A stretch of DNA of 64,000 nt from Gnetum montanum (lineage: Eukaryota; Plantae; Gnetophyta). This document shows, one piece after another, positions 34,851 through 50,094 of this stretch. Positions within the stretch are counted from its first letter, which is position 1. Each line of letters opens with the position of its first letter. The position numbers and the translations under genes are program-made. Location: assembly GCA_015680685.1 (NCBI GenBank), contig MNCI01000001.1:378524-442523 (forward strand), read 5' to 3'. Below the pieces are notes generated by a model. The model saw only the letters and a program-made list of their open reading frames with translations, was not told the DNA's origin and did not search any database.

Positions 34851-36399
34851 CCAACTAGAATCAAACTTATAAATGAAACTTTCCAAATTATGATTCTCAC
34901 TACTAGGATAAAAATACATTGATATGTATTTCTTTTTATAGCCTAAATGAGTTATAGTTATATTCATTATCAAAAATAGAACTAGATGAATATATATTCT
35001 AGTGTTAATAATAAATATATCTAGTTAGGCCATAAAAAGAAATTCATAGCAATATGTTGTTATCCTAGTCTTAAGAATCTTAACTTTGAAACTCGAAGTT
35101 ATGAGTTTGATTCTAGCAACTAGCTTTGCGTAATAAAGTTCTATGAAGGTTTCATGTTGGATATATATCTAGGAGGTACATATAGTCATCTATAATGAAG
35201 TGTTAGCTTGGTGATTAGAGTCTTGAATTGGAAACCCAGGTTGTATGTTCAATTTTTTTGATAAATATTGAATATGGATTTTTTTAAAAATCCGTAAAAG
35301 AAATTCTAAAACTATTTTTCTAATATTAATGTAACCCCTTTCCTTTTCATAAAAAGAAAATACAGGAAATTACCAAATATATTCTATTAAATAAATCCAA
35401 TCAACTAATTAAACATTATCAAACAAAGATTCATAGAGTTAACACTTAAGTTTCTTAGACTAGGGTTGTTACACTTAATAATTCAATGTTGAGAGTAAAT
35501 CCTAAAGAGCCTTTTCAAGAACTTCAAGATAAGAATTGTAAGCATCATTTTCAATAATATAACAAAATCACTTATAAAATACTATAGAAAATCAATTCAT
35601 TTGAGGGACTCTGTCATATTTAAGCTATTTAAAAGTCTTTAAAAGTTTCTTATTAAAGATGAAGCTATTTGATAGGGATCCTACTAGTTTTGGATTAATA
35701 GAATTTATCCCATAATTCATAGTGTAATTTGGTTGTATTATTTGAGGATGATGTTGAATGGATTACCAAGAATACTTATATATTTCATTGCATTCAAGAT
35801 ATATAAAACATATTATAATACATATAATTCAGTTATGACATATGTTGCCATAGTGAGAGGTAGGTAAAATATTCATGATTTTATGGTTTATAATTTTTAT
35901 AAATTTTATAATTATAAGAAAGAAATAAATAATAAGAAATACACACACATTGCAATCCCACTTGAAGAGAATAATAATGCTCATATTACAATTTGTTAAG
36001 GATTAGGTGCAACACTCAACACACAAATGCAAATAAAATAGCTCTAAGTCATAACCTTGATAGCCCAACACCATGTCGTATATTTGTAACCTCCTTAGGT
36101 AAGGTTAAATTATTGTAGCATATGAAAATGAGAAATGAAAAAAAATGGTTTTATTTTTTTATACTATTTTTAGTGTTTTAATTTTTAAGGCATTAATGGT
36201 GTAAAAAATGAGACAAAGACCATAATCTTTATTCACCACACAAACATCAAATACTACATCAACCAAACAGGTCTAAGCTACGTAAGTAAGATAGCATTCT
36301 AATAGAGTCTAGTGGCACTTATATAAGAAATAATACAAAACATACATAAAACAGGAAAGGAGTCACTTACCCAAGAAAGGAAGAAGTCTTTACACAAAA

Positions 36400-39300
36400 T
36401 TATATTCTAAAAGCTAAAGGAAAATATTTGGAATAAAGTTCATTTTATGTGAAGCTCATCCTAAGTATTTGTAATTTTTACAACATAATGGTAGGGGATC
36501 ACTAATGTCCAAGGCTCAACAAAGATCTATTAGCATAGCTGATACTTCTTAGGACATATTGGAAGAGGCTCATAGACAAAGGTGATTAAACCATGGTACC
36601 AAGAGGGGTCTGTCAGCATCCCTGTACTAATGCAAGAGGTGTACTACTATAGAAAACTTAGCATCCACTACCCCCAAAACTTTGTCTTCCTCTTTTTTGA
36701 TGAAAGTTGAGATGTCATGGAACATATTGGTGTCTTCCTAGGATTTTTGAACAAATCCAAAAACTTCTCAAGAACATTGAAACATGTACGAAACCTACAA
36801 GTGTAAACTAGAAGACTATGATGAAAATCTAGAAGATGAAAACCTCAACCATATGCATGAAAAATAGAAACACATATTACATGATATACATCCTAAATCC
36901 AGGACTTACAAAATATCACTCGCTAACTTATCATGCCTCCATGACTAAGTAAAGCTAGTCAAGTATGTTTAAAGCTTAAAATACAAGACTATAACTAGAG
37001 ACATGACATGATTAATGTAGAGGGATACATTTGGATAAATGTACCAAACATGAATATATTACAATTGAGTATAAGCCACCTCATCAAGAAGTGCTAGTAG
37101 GTAATGTCTAAGAGAAGAATCCCACTAATGTGCCTACTTAGCATGGGAAAAAGTTGAAGGAGCTAGGTGTAGACATATGAAATCTCTAAAGTTGTGCCTC
37201 TAGGTCCATCATCCTTGCTCAAAGCTATCAATTCTATTCATGCATTGATCCTTTCTCTTGAAGGAGTACTTGTTACTATTCCTCAACATTAGCTTAGAAA
37301 TTCTCATGACTCCTTTTCTCCTACAAGATCTCACACTGGGGCATGTTTAACTTGACCATCACTCAATGGGGTTTCTTTTATAGTGCATTAAGTAGTTGGC
37401 CCATAGAAGTTTGGACCACATAGAGATACCTCCTTTGTTCCACCTACACATCCTCTTCAACTTCCCTAAGTCTCGTTTCAGGGACATGGATAGTTGCTTT
37501 ATGATGGAGAATATATAGGTTTTCCAAAAGGTCAATTTCCTCTTACAATATTAGCTCACTTGGAACCATTTATTGGATTTTCTAATGCAAGGTGTTGGAT
37601 TTCAATGGGTCTACCCATCAATATCATGTGCTCATTCCAAGAATGAGCTTATCCTTTGGTGTGCATTGAAAAATTTTAACTAAATATTGTAAATACATAA
37701 GCCTTGGCTCTTTAGTAATTTGATAACCTTATCCTTCACCTCACACATCTTCCCATGTACTTATTCATTCAATAAAGCTACAAGTTTATGCAGTCTATGC
37801 ACCTTGGCATCCTAGGTTACCTGCTCAATCAAACGGAACTTTCTAAGCTCATCAATTTCCATGGTCATCTTTTTTACTAGATTTTACCATAAGTTCTAGT
37901 GATCCTTTTTTGTGAAAAGGTGATTTGACTTTTATCCGCTTACACCTAATAAAAAACGAAAAGTAACAACTTCTCCTTTTTTTTATCATCCTTTCCCATT
38001 GTTGGGACTAATACTTTAACATTATTATTTGCTAGTCCAATCTATGTTTCATAAATATAACTTCTTTAATAACCTAGCACTCCTAGAAAATTTTAGCCTA
38101 CAGGCACTCAATTCACATCTCTAGAGTGATTGTAGAAGGTTCAGGTACTCATGGTGTAAGATGTTCCAATTATTTGTGTAACCATCATAACTTAGCTTAG
38201 CTTCTCTACAACTCCCATAGATAGAATGTTCTATCAACATAATTGGTTTTCAACTCAGTCCATACCTTAATGAGTTTAGTTTCTACTATACTATCAAAGT
38301 TCCTTAATAGAAATTGGGCACCAAGATCAACTCTCTGATTCTCCTTCATCTAGTGGCTAGTTGTAGGTTGATTAGTGCGTACCTGGAGAACTTTAACTAC
38401 ATGGTAGATGTTATGCATGATTTGCTTTAATCCATGTGATAAGGAAGGCACATGAGTGTCAGAATGAATAAGAACATTAAAATAATTCATGGATAGATCA
38501 TTTAACAATGTGGGAGGAACCCAAAAGAGGTATTACCTTATTGCTTCACCAAACATAATGGCTTTCATCATTTGTAAGAAATTGTTATTAGGGTCGTTAG
38601 AATCTTCAATGTAAATTATCCTAGCCTGTCCCTCATCTTTGATGTGCATTACAAACTAAGAACCACAACTAGGAAAAGGTTCTTGGCTTTACCTCATGCT
38701 GAAACTAGAAGGTAAGAAAATGATCTTAAGTTAGGATATGGAATAAATCTATGAAAGGAATCTCATCCTTCAAGTCAGGTACATCTGTAATGATCTCATA
38801 ACTTCATCTTAGAGCAGCCACCATCATGTTCTCCTAGTTTTCCATTTCTATTGTTGTGGGATATCTTCCCACATGGTTGACTATTCCTACTAGTTCACAG
38901 AGCTTTCACATTAATCGTGGAAAGGCATAGATCTCCCTCTTATCTCTTGCCAAATCTTTAATTTTCTAGATTAGGGCCTTGTAGAGAAAATAGGAGATAT
39001 TTATGGTACACTTTTTCCTTACCATGGCCATAGCTTGAGTCCCTAGAGTAGAGATACTTGATGGTTGTTTGATGGGAATCAAGTTATAGCTAATAATTTT
39101 TCAAATGGCATTTTGAACTATGAGAACTTTAGACATCTTTCCCTCAACATTTTCTATATTAAAGGCCTTTAGCATGACCATAGACATGAGCTTAGGCTCA
39201 GTATTTTAGATCTATGGTTACCAATTATTTGCTAGTTTATTTGAAAATCTTGTAACCTATGAGATTGCCCAAAAATAGGCACAAGAACTCCATCAACAAA

Positions 39301-41811
39301 ATTCATGGCTCCATCAATAACAAGATTCTTATAAAATTCCTTTACCTCATAGTAGTCCTATGAGAATTATTGAGCTTAATAGGGCCAATCTAAAGGAATT
39401 AATAGTAATTTTTATTCTTATGGATGGATCATTGGTGGACATTATGAGCACTCACACCCTCTAGAATGTCATTAGTATCCTCTTCATCATCTTCTACTAG
39501 CTTGTTTGGTACTTGTTCAATTGCCTACTATTGCATACATGCTTAACCTAACAATCGAGGATGTGATTCGTTACCTCATAATTTGCTTCTTGGTGGAGGC
39601 CTTTTTGGAGTAGGACCTGTAGGCTCTAGATTAGAAGATCTAACTTCTTCCCCCTCTTCCTCTTTGAGAATCAATGATGCATGCAAAGGTATGCAACTAG
39701 AGGTATTAGATTATTCAATCTCAACCCTCCGTAATCTATTGAGCTTGAATGGTAATCTCCTCTAAATGATTAGTTGTGAAATTTACTAAAAACCAAGTGA
39801 GTTTTCCTAGGAATCATACTAACATTGCAAAAATTATGCATGACAACAATGATGAATACAACCCTTGGGAAATACTTGAAAAAACATCATCATAACTATT
39901 AAATTATTTCATGCATGAACAAATATGAATAAGGTAGAAATATTTAAATAACTATCAACTATATTAAATGCATACCAAAATTGATGTTTTTCCCCCATGA
40001 TGAAGTTACAAGACACTTGGATTGAACCGTAACTAGACAACCAAGGATAGAAAGACCCAAGAAGAATGTGTATAAATATATCACCAATCCATTTGATATG
40101 GTGAAAAATCCAATAAATTTTCACTTGTTTAAGCCAATTAGTTAAGAAAAATGAGAAGAGATAAAATGAAAAGTATTAGAAGTTTTTAGGAGCCACTTCA
40201 TCTTATATAGAGGGTCATTAATGTAGGGGGTGTGTTGGCACAAGGGAGTTAATTCCCCTACACAAACACAGGAGTGCATCAATGCACTTTTCCAAACAAG
40301 GGAGAAATGTCCAACTTCATCCACAATGCCTCAACTTATCTTTTGTAACTATGTAAGTAATGTACAAGCTCCACCACTCATCAAAACCATCATTTATTGA
40401 CCTTACAAGGTGTATGAGAATCAAGACAAGAAGATCTTTATAAGTAAAACTTAGATGACATCATAAGTTATGGAAAATAATTTGATTCATTTAGCCATTT
40501 CCATGAACCCAAGACTACAAATTAAGGGTTAGAATAATAGAAGATTGAGTATAGCATCAAAAATCATGAAATATAGGCACAATTGAGATGAATTGATAGA
40601 GTTTATAATGCTCAAATCTTGAAGAAAGAAAAATCAAAACTCACATAAGTGAAAGGCCAATCAAGTATTGTATGCAATGCAACCCTCATTGTCATTGGGA
40701 GATAAGGGTTGTCTCACTCACATATGATGCCAAGTCACTTAGGATTCATAGGTGGGTCCTTCCTAGAGTATGCACTTGTCTTTATTACCCTTGTGAATCC
40801 CATTAATAAAACACTTGTAGATTTTTAACAACTAGTAAGACATTAGTATCAAATGCTAGTTTGTCTCCTTGGATGACTAGGTCTCATTCTATGCTTTTCT
40901 CAATTAGCCTTTTGCCAAATACAACCATGGATAATAATGAAATATGAAGGATGATGAAGGAATAATGGATGAGAGAGAGAAAGGAAAAGAGTGCAACATC
41001 ACTAGATTCCTAGCCAATTATTAAATTAGTTCATGCAACATGTGAGCATGTTCTATATCCCATGAGAGATTTGCTCTCACATCATTTCACTATTACTTGT
41101 CCATACAATAGGGATTGGCCTCCAAGTCTCTATTCTAAGTGCAAGATCATACTAATCACATCCAATGCCATCTAGCCTTGATTATTCTATGATCTAACAA
41201 TTGATGTAGACCAAACCAAGGCAACATATAACCAAACATCTAGAAATTAAGATTCCAGTTTGGTTTTCCTTCATCCATGCACATAAACATAGTAGGATCC
41301 CCAAATTTTATTGTATTGGAAATCTCTCATCAATTTCCTTGGTTGCACTAATCAATCCCATACCCAAAAATGAGCATAATACCATGATAATCAAGAAAAT
41401 ATCTTTTGGATTTAAATATAGTTTAGGATTAGGTCAAAGATGAGGATTTTAGACCCTTAGAACAAATGATTAGGGACTTGGGTAAAAGCAGCAACTGACA
41501 TTACCAAGATTTACAAACAAAGAGACTTCTAGGACTTCATGGCCATGGTTTGGAATGAAATAACATTATGAGAAGATCACTTATTTTTGATTATTTCATA
41601 GGAAGAGGGCTTTTAATGTAGCATGGGAATCATTGAAATGATTGAAGTACTAGATTACCACTTGGAGTCTTCAACTTGCATGAACATGAGAATTCATCCC
41701 CCACCACATTACTCGTATAGGTTCATGAAATCACAAATCTCTTCTAACCAAGATGGCTAGGTAAGTTACCATGTATACCTTGGTTCAATCACATCGATTA
41801 GACCCATCCAC
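36400..41811 (-). mobile_element. Truncated third Athila-like fragment: decayed env-like ORF (~39800 to ~36400) plus non-coding spacer, cut at the n at 41812
   Basis: Minus strand gives YYEVKEFYKNLVIDGAMNFVDGVLVPIF (~39365-39275), resembling the Y..LVREFY.N....VRG..I.F motif of Athila ORF/Transposase_32-type proteins. Other stretches read as an ORF broken by C-to-T stops. No LTR located. Confidence 0.45.
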
Positions 41812-44800
41812 NTATATAGGTTTACAAAATTTATGTCGAAGAAAATAATATATCTCTAATAATTTCTTATTAAGGAAAGAATTCTGAAAATTCTGAATTT
41901 TTTTTATAATGTACAGAAAAACTTTATTCTTGAGAATAAGATACAAAATATGGGGAAAGAAAAACACTGAAAAAACCTCTTGAGAAGAAAAAACTTAGTT
42001 TCTTTTCACCCAAAAAAGATAGCTTAGTCTCATGGAAACTATTGACTTAAGAATTTTATTTTTGACAAATGCTTATTCAATTCACTATCTTGAAAATGAA
42101 TAAGGAAATTATTAAGAAATAAGAATATTAATGGTTTACAATTTACGTTATGCTTGTACACAATGAGAAATTTAAACTTTTTTAAAAAAGTAAATATTTT
42201 CCTTATCATAGCCTCATCCCAACTACAAGGCTTCGTTTTGTGAGTTCTTATTTTGCCTTTTTTAACCATTGGCCTTTGTTAAGACCAAAATTAATATTAA
42301 TTTTCAATTTACTTTGGGTTTCCTTTGGTTATTTTCCCTCTACATCAAATAAAAAACCATTTCTCTAGGAACCAAAGCTACATGACTAAATATGACCAAA
42401 CCATCTGAGGTGACTTTTCTTACTACTTATGAGTAATATCCCAAAAAATGAAATATATAAATTAATAAGTTTAAGTAAAATGTAATGTTAATATTTTACA
42501 TTGTAATTAGCCTACTCAACATTAGAACATAAATAGTTATTATGTCTACCTAAAAATATTATAATTCCATGAATACTAGAAGGGGTTAAATAGTTTTGTA
42601 CAAAACTCATCTATCTACCAATCCTCTTTTAAATTTTTATCCATCATATAATCCTTTATTCTATCTCAACTATTTTCTATTAAATCACCTTATATTTAAG
42701 AGAGCCCAATTTCTCAACTTGATGAGGTTAAACTAATCATCAAGAGGAAGGACTAGAGAGGAAATAAATGCTTAAGATACTACCTCAAGAATAACATACA
42801 TTATATATTTTTGCAAAGCATTTAGAATTCTACTACAATTATTAATTGTAGTATTAATATTCATCTTGTTCATAGTAAAATAAGTCTTTTATGAATTATA
42901 AATGTATTTTAAAAAATCAATTTAAAAACTTTTAAATCTATTTTGTAGAGTTCTATAATAGTGTCTTATGATTTCTTCCTGAATTTATATAAGTGACAAC
43001 TCACATTTTTTGTGAGCTAGAAGTCAAGAGTGCATGTTTTTGATGGTAAACTACTATAAATTCTAAATGTCACTTAGCAATTCATTTTGTACAACTTCTA
43101 TACCCTTATAGGTTGACATTGATGTCAAGAATCTATAGTAAAATATCAACTAATTTTTTTAAAAAAATATTTTTACTAGAGCATAGATTGTTTTGGTAAA
43201 AGATGGTTACTTTCAAAAATAATTCTTCTTTAACTAACTTAAAACTTTAACATATATTTTAGGAATTTTCAATACATACTTAGGTGCTTAGTCTTGTTCA
43301 TAGGATACTTTTTAATTCATGTTTATGATTAATTATTTTACAAGTTAACCAAACTCTTATTTTCTTAATCAAAGCCCTTTCTTTGTCATATATTAGAAAT
43401 TATTTTTCTTAAAAGGTAAATCTCTTTTCATAGTTACACTATTTTTAGCACATATAATTAGATAAACATCTTTTGATTTACTAAGCTTCTTAGAAAAAAT
43501 AACTTCTTTTGATAAACATATGGCCATCTAACATAGTTATTTCTAGTGTAATAAGATAATATTTGATTAAGATGAAGCCATTATACTTTAAGTCTTTAAC
43601 CAAAAACTATATTAGAAAAATGAACAACAAAGGGCTTATTATCAATACAAAAAGTTGGGAAAAACAAAGAAGAATAACTCTAAAGATTGTCAAGACTAAT
43701 GTTATAAGGCTTTTAAGAAAGATATCCTTTGATCTTATACTAGAATTTTTAAAATTTTTTAAAGAAATATAAGAACCATTTATCTAAATTCTAACATTAG
43801 TAAAAATCATTTTACTACAGTGCATTGCTTGCCTACCTTAGGAATAACCTATCTTCCCATTAGTAAAATGATATCTTAGTAGATCTTGTTAGTTCTAGTA
43901 TTCACTTTGGTAACTCTTACTCCATTCATTCTATATGCCCATGCTGTAGTTTAGAAGCAAGATAAAGAAACAAATTTAACATGCCCAATTTCAAGGTAAT
44001 AGAAGCCCATAACGACATATGAAAATATGGTAAAAGAACATAGTCAAAGCTCAAATCTCAAAAGAAGACAAAGATCAAGTGAAAGAAATTTTTTTTTTTT
44101 TTTTTGTAAAAATAGTAAAAAGAAAGAAAGAATTAAAGCCATGTAATTTATATTTCAATTATTATGTCACATATAACAAGATAAGAAATTCTATTATTTT
44201 TACTTATACTAAATGTTTGATGGACAGATGTAATTGGAAAATGACCCCAATCTCTCATGTCTCTTGAATTTCTAGCATAATTTTCTATAAAATTGGCTTC
44301 TCCAATTATCTTCTAGTATGTCCCCATCATTTGGCTAGAAATATGTGGGCAAACCATGTTTGTATGAGATGTACTTAGTGGCATTAAGATAAATTTGATG
44401 TTACAATAATAAGATCAATTATGTTACAAAATTTTCCACTCCAATAACTTTCATCATCAATTCATCATATTCACAAATTCATTGTTCCAAGAAGTTGAAT
44501 AGTCACATTTGGGGCTATTTTTGTGTAATAGATTTCAACTATTAAATAAACTCAAAATCAATTCCAAATTTTCAAGTAGCTAGATTGTTGAAAGATCTTT
44601 GTATTAAGTATTCACTCACCTCATAAATCTCTCAAATCATAGAGATATTCATCATGAAAATCACCAATTTCTATTTTGAACACTAAACAGTTGTATTCAA
44701 GATCCAACTTTTGAGACATATTTGAATTATAAAAAAACTTTAAATTAATCTGAAATACCATAGGCTTATAGATTGTAGAATGGGTTTTCCAACAAGCCTA

Positions 44801-47800
44801 AGATCAGCCTAAAACTCATCAAGATCATGAAGATATTGCAATTAAAATATAGAAAAAAATTTATTTTTGCTTAGTTAGGTTACCCACATCATTCAATATA
44901 TTGGGTTGCCAAAAATCTGCAAAATAAAAAATGCTTTTAAATCTTCTTACATCTAACAAAATCAACAAATCTTATAAGATTCACTAATTTATCAATTCCT
45001 TTTGGTGATAGAAGATGAAATTTCAAAGAAGGGATTCCAAGAGTATCATATTCCTTAAGTTACTTGTAAGTGTTTCATGACACATAGTTCATGAATTTGT
45101 AATCATTAGAGTTTCTTCATAAATAATATCAGTTAAGTACTTATCATTAAAATAATAATAATGAATTTAAGTTTTTTTCTTTGATTTTAGATTGAATGTT
45201 ATACTATACAATTCAACAATATTAATAATTTTTTGAAAATCACCTTCTATTTCTCTAATTAGCATAAACATGTCATTAGTAAATTAGTAATGAAAGACCA
45301 TACTACCATTAGGAAGATTTATGTTACAAGCATGACCTAACATACCATTAAATCTAAGGACAACACTTAAAGCATAAAAAGAAAGATGAAAAAAATAAGG
45401 AGTATGGAACATCCTTAGATTATTACCCAAAGGCCCAATGCTCACTTCATCAAGGTGGTTCTTAGTAGGATTATTAGATGAGTGAAAGCCTAATCTCTCT
45501 TAAGTGGTTATGCCCAAGTTCATACCCAAGTCTTACAACTTGAGAAATAAACACTTTACCATTATTACAAGTCATGGTCCCTTAGCAAGGCGCATTCTTG
45601 CTTAATAGATATTCCAGGATGAATAGAAGGAAACAATATCCAAGTCCTTGGATAAATATTACAAAATGTGCATTGATTAATAATGTTTACATATTTTTCT
45701 CAAAATATCTTTCCAATCTATAATGTCTAATAATTTTCAAAATGAAATCCTACTTGAGAAAACCATAAGTTTTAGTGAAGTCAACCTAAAAGAGAATAAA
45801 ACCCTAACAAGTATTAGATGCTTAATTCATTGCCTTTGCTATATTTATTTATTTCATCCTAGCCTTATATCAACACAATGAGGTTGATTGTATTGAGTTT
45901 TCTTTTAGCATTTGCCTTATTTAAGAGCTATATACTTGTCTATTTATCAGTTTTACATATCTTCTTTAATCAATTTTTCTATGTGTTATTTTGTTTCTCT
46001 TTGTGTGACTTTTAGGATTGTAATATGGAAATATTTTTTATACACTTATTATTTGATCTTTTTAAGATATGGCCAAATCATCTAAGCTACTACTTTTATA
46101 AATCTTCTTTAAAAGTCATTCCAAGCTTTCATTTAATGTATGTATTATGTAATTTATCTCTTTTCATAGTATTCAACATATATATAAGTATCTACATTTC
46201 TTCACTATGATTTTACTATCCAAAATAAAACTATTCTTCATAAAACTTGTTTATACTTTACTAATGAAACAAAGAACAAAATTCAACCTATTTGCAAGAC
46301 CTTTAGTGATAATTTTATAAATAGTACTAAAGGGTTTGATAGTTCTTTAGTTATTTATCCACTAGAGTTTTTTTTTTTTTTTTTGGAATATGCCTACTGT
46401 AGTATCTTCTATCATATCATAGGCTAGTAGGGAAATATTTAAAAGAATAAAATAAAATAAAATAAAAGTTACAACACCACTTAATAACTACACTATATTC
46501 CAAAAATAGAATACGAAAGATTAAACAATAGGAATACAACAAATCATTCACATTAAGAATAAAGAAAAAATAAGGAATATAAATAAACATAGTACAATGG
46601 TCCCTTCGCAAAGTAAAGAAAAATAGTTCCTTGTCCATTACCATATAACAAATGCTAATATCATGCTATTGATTAATAAAATCTATAGCAATACCAACCA
46701 CCTATGATAAAATAGAAATAAATAATCAAAATGATATCAAATAGGGATAATTCTATTCACATGAGACCTCTACATAGTTTTATATCACATGTGTATGAAA
46801 ATATTCTAAAAGTAACAATTACATAATTTGACATATTATATTGATTTTCAATAATAATAGTCCACATAGTATCAAAATAGTATTTGAATATTATCTAGTT
46901 TAGCTATATATTTAGGATATATATCTATTACTTGGTCAAGGAGTTTTTTAAATATTTTTGAAATTAATAAAATCTAAATTTGATTCACTAAGGATTACTT
47001 TTTATGTTAAAAATAAAAATCAATACCAGTTTATGTTATTCAATGATAAATCTTATAAAAAAGGTCATTGCTTCACCTAGCTTTATGACAAAATTGTATC
47101 TCAAGGAACAAAATCTAAGTAACAAAGTAGAGGTAGTTCGCCTCTCCATAAAACTCTTATCTAAAATAATAATTCCCATGAAAATGTTACTCTTATTCTA
47201 GAATTATGATGATAATTATTTATTTACTGTGACAAAGTCTAGGAACTTAGTAGTTAGCCTCTTGGTCATAATTCTCTTTCTTAGCTATTATGATGAGAGA
47301 ATAATTGTGATCAAGAGAGCCCCTCTTCACCATGAAATGATAGAGCATCTAGAATGTTAAGAATGGTACAAAAATTTAGATTTTTATAATTATTAACTAA
47401 AATTACAAAACCTTTGTTAGAGGTATTTTAGAGTTGCAAGATAACAAACCATAAGAATCCACATCAAAAATCTCAAATCATAGCCTAAACTTGATAAAAC
47501 TTAGATCCAAAATAATAGATCAAAACCTTAAAACCTATAATAAACTTGCTAAATCCTCATGTTAAAAGTAGTAAAAAGATAGATAACATGAAGAATCATT
47601 AGATCTAACCAATACTAGAAGAATAAACATAATACATGTGTAAAATTACTAAATGTAAATTGAAAATATGAGGAATTGGTATATCTTTTCTACTTCATGA
47701 TTTAATTAAATCCTAGGCCTCAAATTTCTTTTGAAACATTACCTTTAATCCCCACCTAGAAAAGGATTTGCTAACATATTAGATGTATTTACATAAAAAG

Positions 47801-48562
47801 AAAGAAAATTAATATTTTGACAAACCCTAACTAATAGCACCTAAATCTACCCTTTTAGATGTAAGCATAGCATCCCTTCTAATGCTTCAATTAGATGCAT
47901 ACACAAACTTGTAATAGTGAGATAAGACAAATGCTTAGGAAAAAGTGTTTAGGATGTTTATCATGGATTTACATTTCTAAAATACATGAGCCTCTAATAT
48001 AAAAATAAATTTACAACTCTATTTTTATATTTTATTTCATCTTAGTTCTAAAGCATTTGTTTAAGATCCTAGATAAAATGACTAGGTATGCATACCATTT
48101 AAGTATATCTTTAACTTACTTGGGACCAATAGTTAAAGTAGAGTTGTTGAAATTAACTATAACTACGCTCCAAGATATATAGCCAACATGATGCTTAAAA
48201 AGCATTATAAAGGAATATGATGATGCTTGAAATATGACTAGAGGTAATAAGTTTTACTTGTAAATATTTGTCACATAATGAGTTAACCACTTAAGCCAGC
48301 TTTCATTTGTGAAATAAGAGTTAAAAGACCTTATAACATTCCAAAATTTATAGCTATACCAATTTAAAAGTAATCACATAACATACATCTTGAATACTTG
48401 AATCCACAACCATAAAAACACATGCCCTAGTATAGTAACTTATGCAGGATCCATAATAATGTGTATAAAATAATTAAAATTATTATCATATATCAAGCTT
48501 GTAGAAAATATAATATAGCCACAATTTGATAGTAGCCCAAGTTATGAGCTTGATTCCAATTG

Positions 48563-48951
48563 ATTATCATTATCATTATTATTCTAGCCTAGTCTCAATA
48601 ACATGGGGTCGGCTACATGAGTTCTTTTGCACTATTTTCCTCTATGAAGAGCTAGATCTTTATTTATTTGTAGTTCCTTGAAATCATCTTTGATCGTTTT
48701 TTCTCACATCTTCTTTGATCTTCCTTTTGGTGGCTTTCCTAGAATAGTGTTATAGCAATATTTATTTATAGACTCATTATCTAATCTTCTTTGCACATGT
48801 TCAAACCATATAAGTTATCATTCTTATAGCTTATTTGAAATAGTAGCCACTCCAAGTGTTCCTCTAATGTATGTATTATGCATTTTATGTCTTTTAGTAA
48901 CATTTAGTATCCATTGATGTATTCACATTTCTACCACATTGATTTGTTATT
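48563..48951 (-). mobile_element. RTE LINE 3' fragment, copy B
   Basis: Duplicate of 14853-15241; retains GGGGTCGGCTACATGA. Confidence 0.8.
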
Positions 48952-49848
48952 TGATGAGTGGTGGGTAGTATCTATGCCCAATCATATGAATCATAATTAT
49001 TCACATGCAATCCCGTCAAATTTATTAGACTTAGTTACCTAAGTTGCTGATATTCCTAAACAATGAATTGTGTAGTTGTAGGTCATTATCTTTCCAATTC
49101 ATACTTGTGTTAAACTATGCATATGGCTATGTGTGGTTGAGGCACAAGATATTTATTTTTATGTTTTTTATTATTTTTCTCCTATTTGCTAGATGATTGA
49201 ATGAAAATTTGATAACTAAATTAATTAACTACTTTATTAACTAACTATCCTGACATGGAGTATCTATTCCTATTTTCCATACATATCCTAACATATATTA
49301 ATTCTGCTAGGTTACCAAGTATATACTATAGGATGTACCAAGTATCCACTACTAGGATTACCAAGTGTTAATATGTTATACTTGAAATGATCATCCTCAC
49401 ATGGCTTATGAATGATAATATTAATTAATTAAGAATAAGAAAGTAAATCTCATTTAATGTAAAGTGCTGGAAAGTAGAATTAAGCTAGTCTAACTACTGC
49501 AATGGATGTAGGAAATTTTGATTTTACTATAGTCCATGCAAATGTGTCTAGGTACATAGGCACTCAAATAAAATGATATACAATCTTATAAATCCATACT
49601 GTGGGCACTCAAAGGAAAAATATTCTAACTCTCGAAGGAGGAAACCACAAGAATCTAGCTAAGGCTAAGATCAGAAGGTACCATAAATGTGAGGGGTATC
49701 CGTATTTATATAGGAAATGATTGCATCAATGTCGATGTACCTGCATCAATGTCGATGTACCTACATCAATGCATCCTATCATGTGTCAATGGGGATATGT
49801 TGACAAAGTTGCATCAATAGGCAGGCATCGACATAGCTTGTATCATCA
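48952..49848 (-). mobile_element. LTR3, copy B
   Basis: Duplicate of 15242-16170 with one fewer 20-bp repeat unit. Confidence 0.75.
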
Positions 49849-50094
49849 TACCTCCATGATTTAGTAAAAACTTGTCCTTGAGTAAACAAAATTGGGATCC
49901 ATATTTTTACAAAATATAGGGAAAGTATGGAATTTATTTATAGATAGATTGACTGACTAACTAACTAACTCTAAGTGTCAGATTGTACAATTTCATAAAA
50001 ATGAGTATCCTTTACAACAACATTAGACACATAGACAAAATTGTAGTAGGCACCTATTGAATGGATGAAGGTGGAATGAACTTTTATAATGTGA

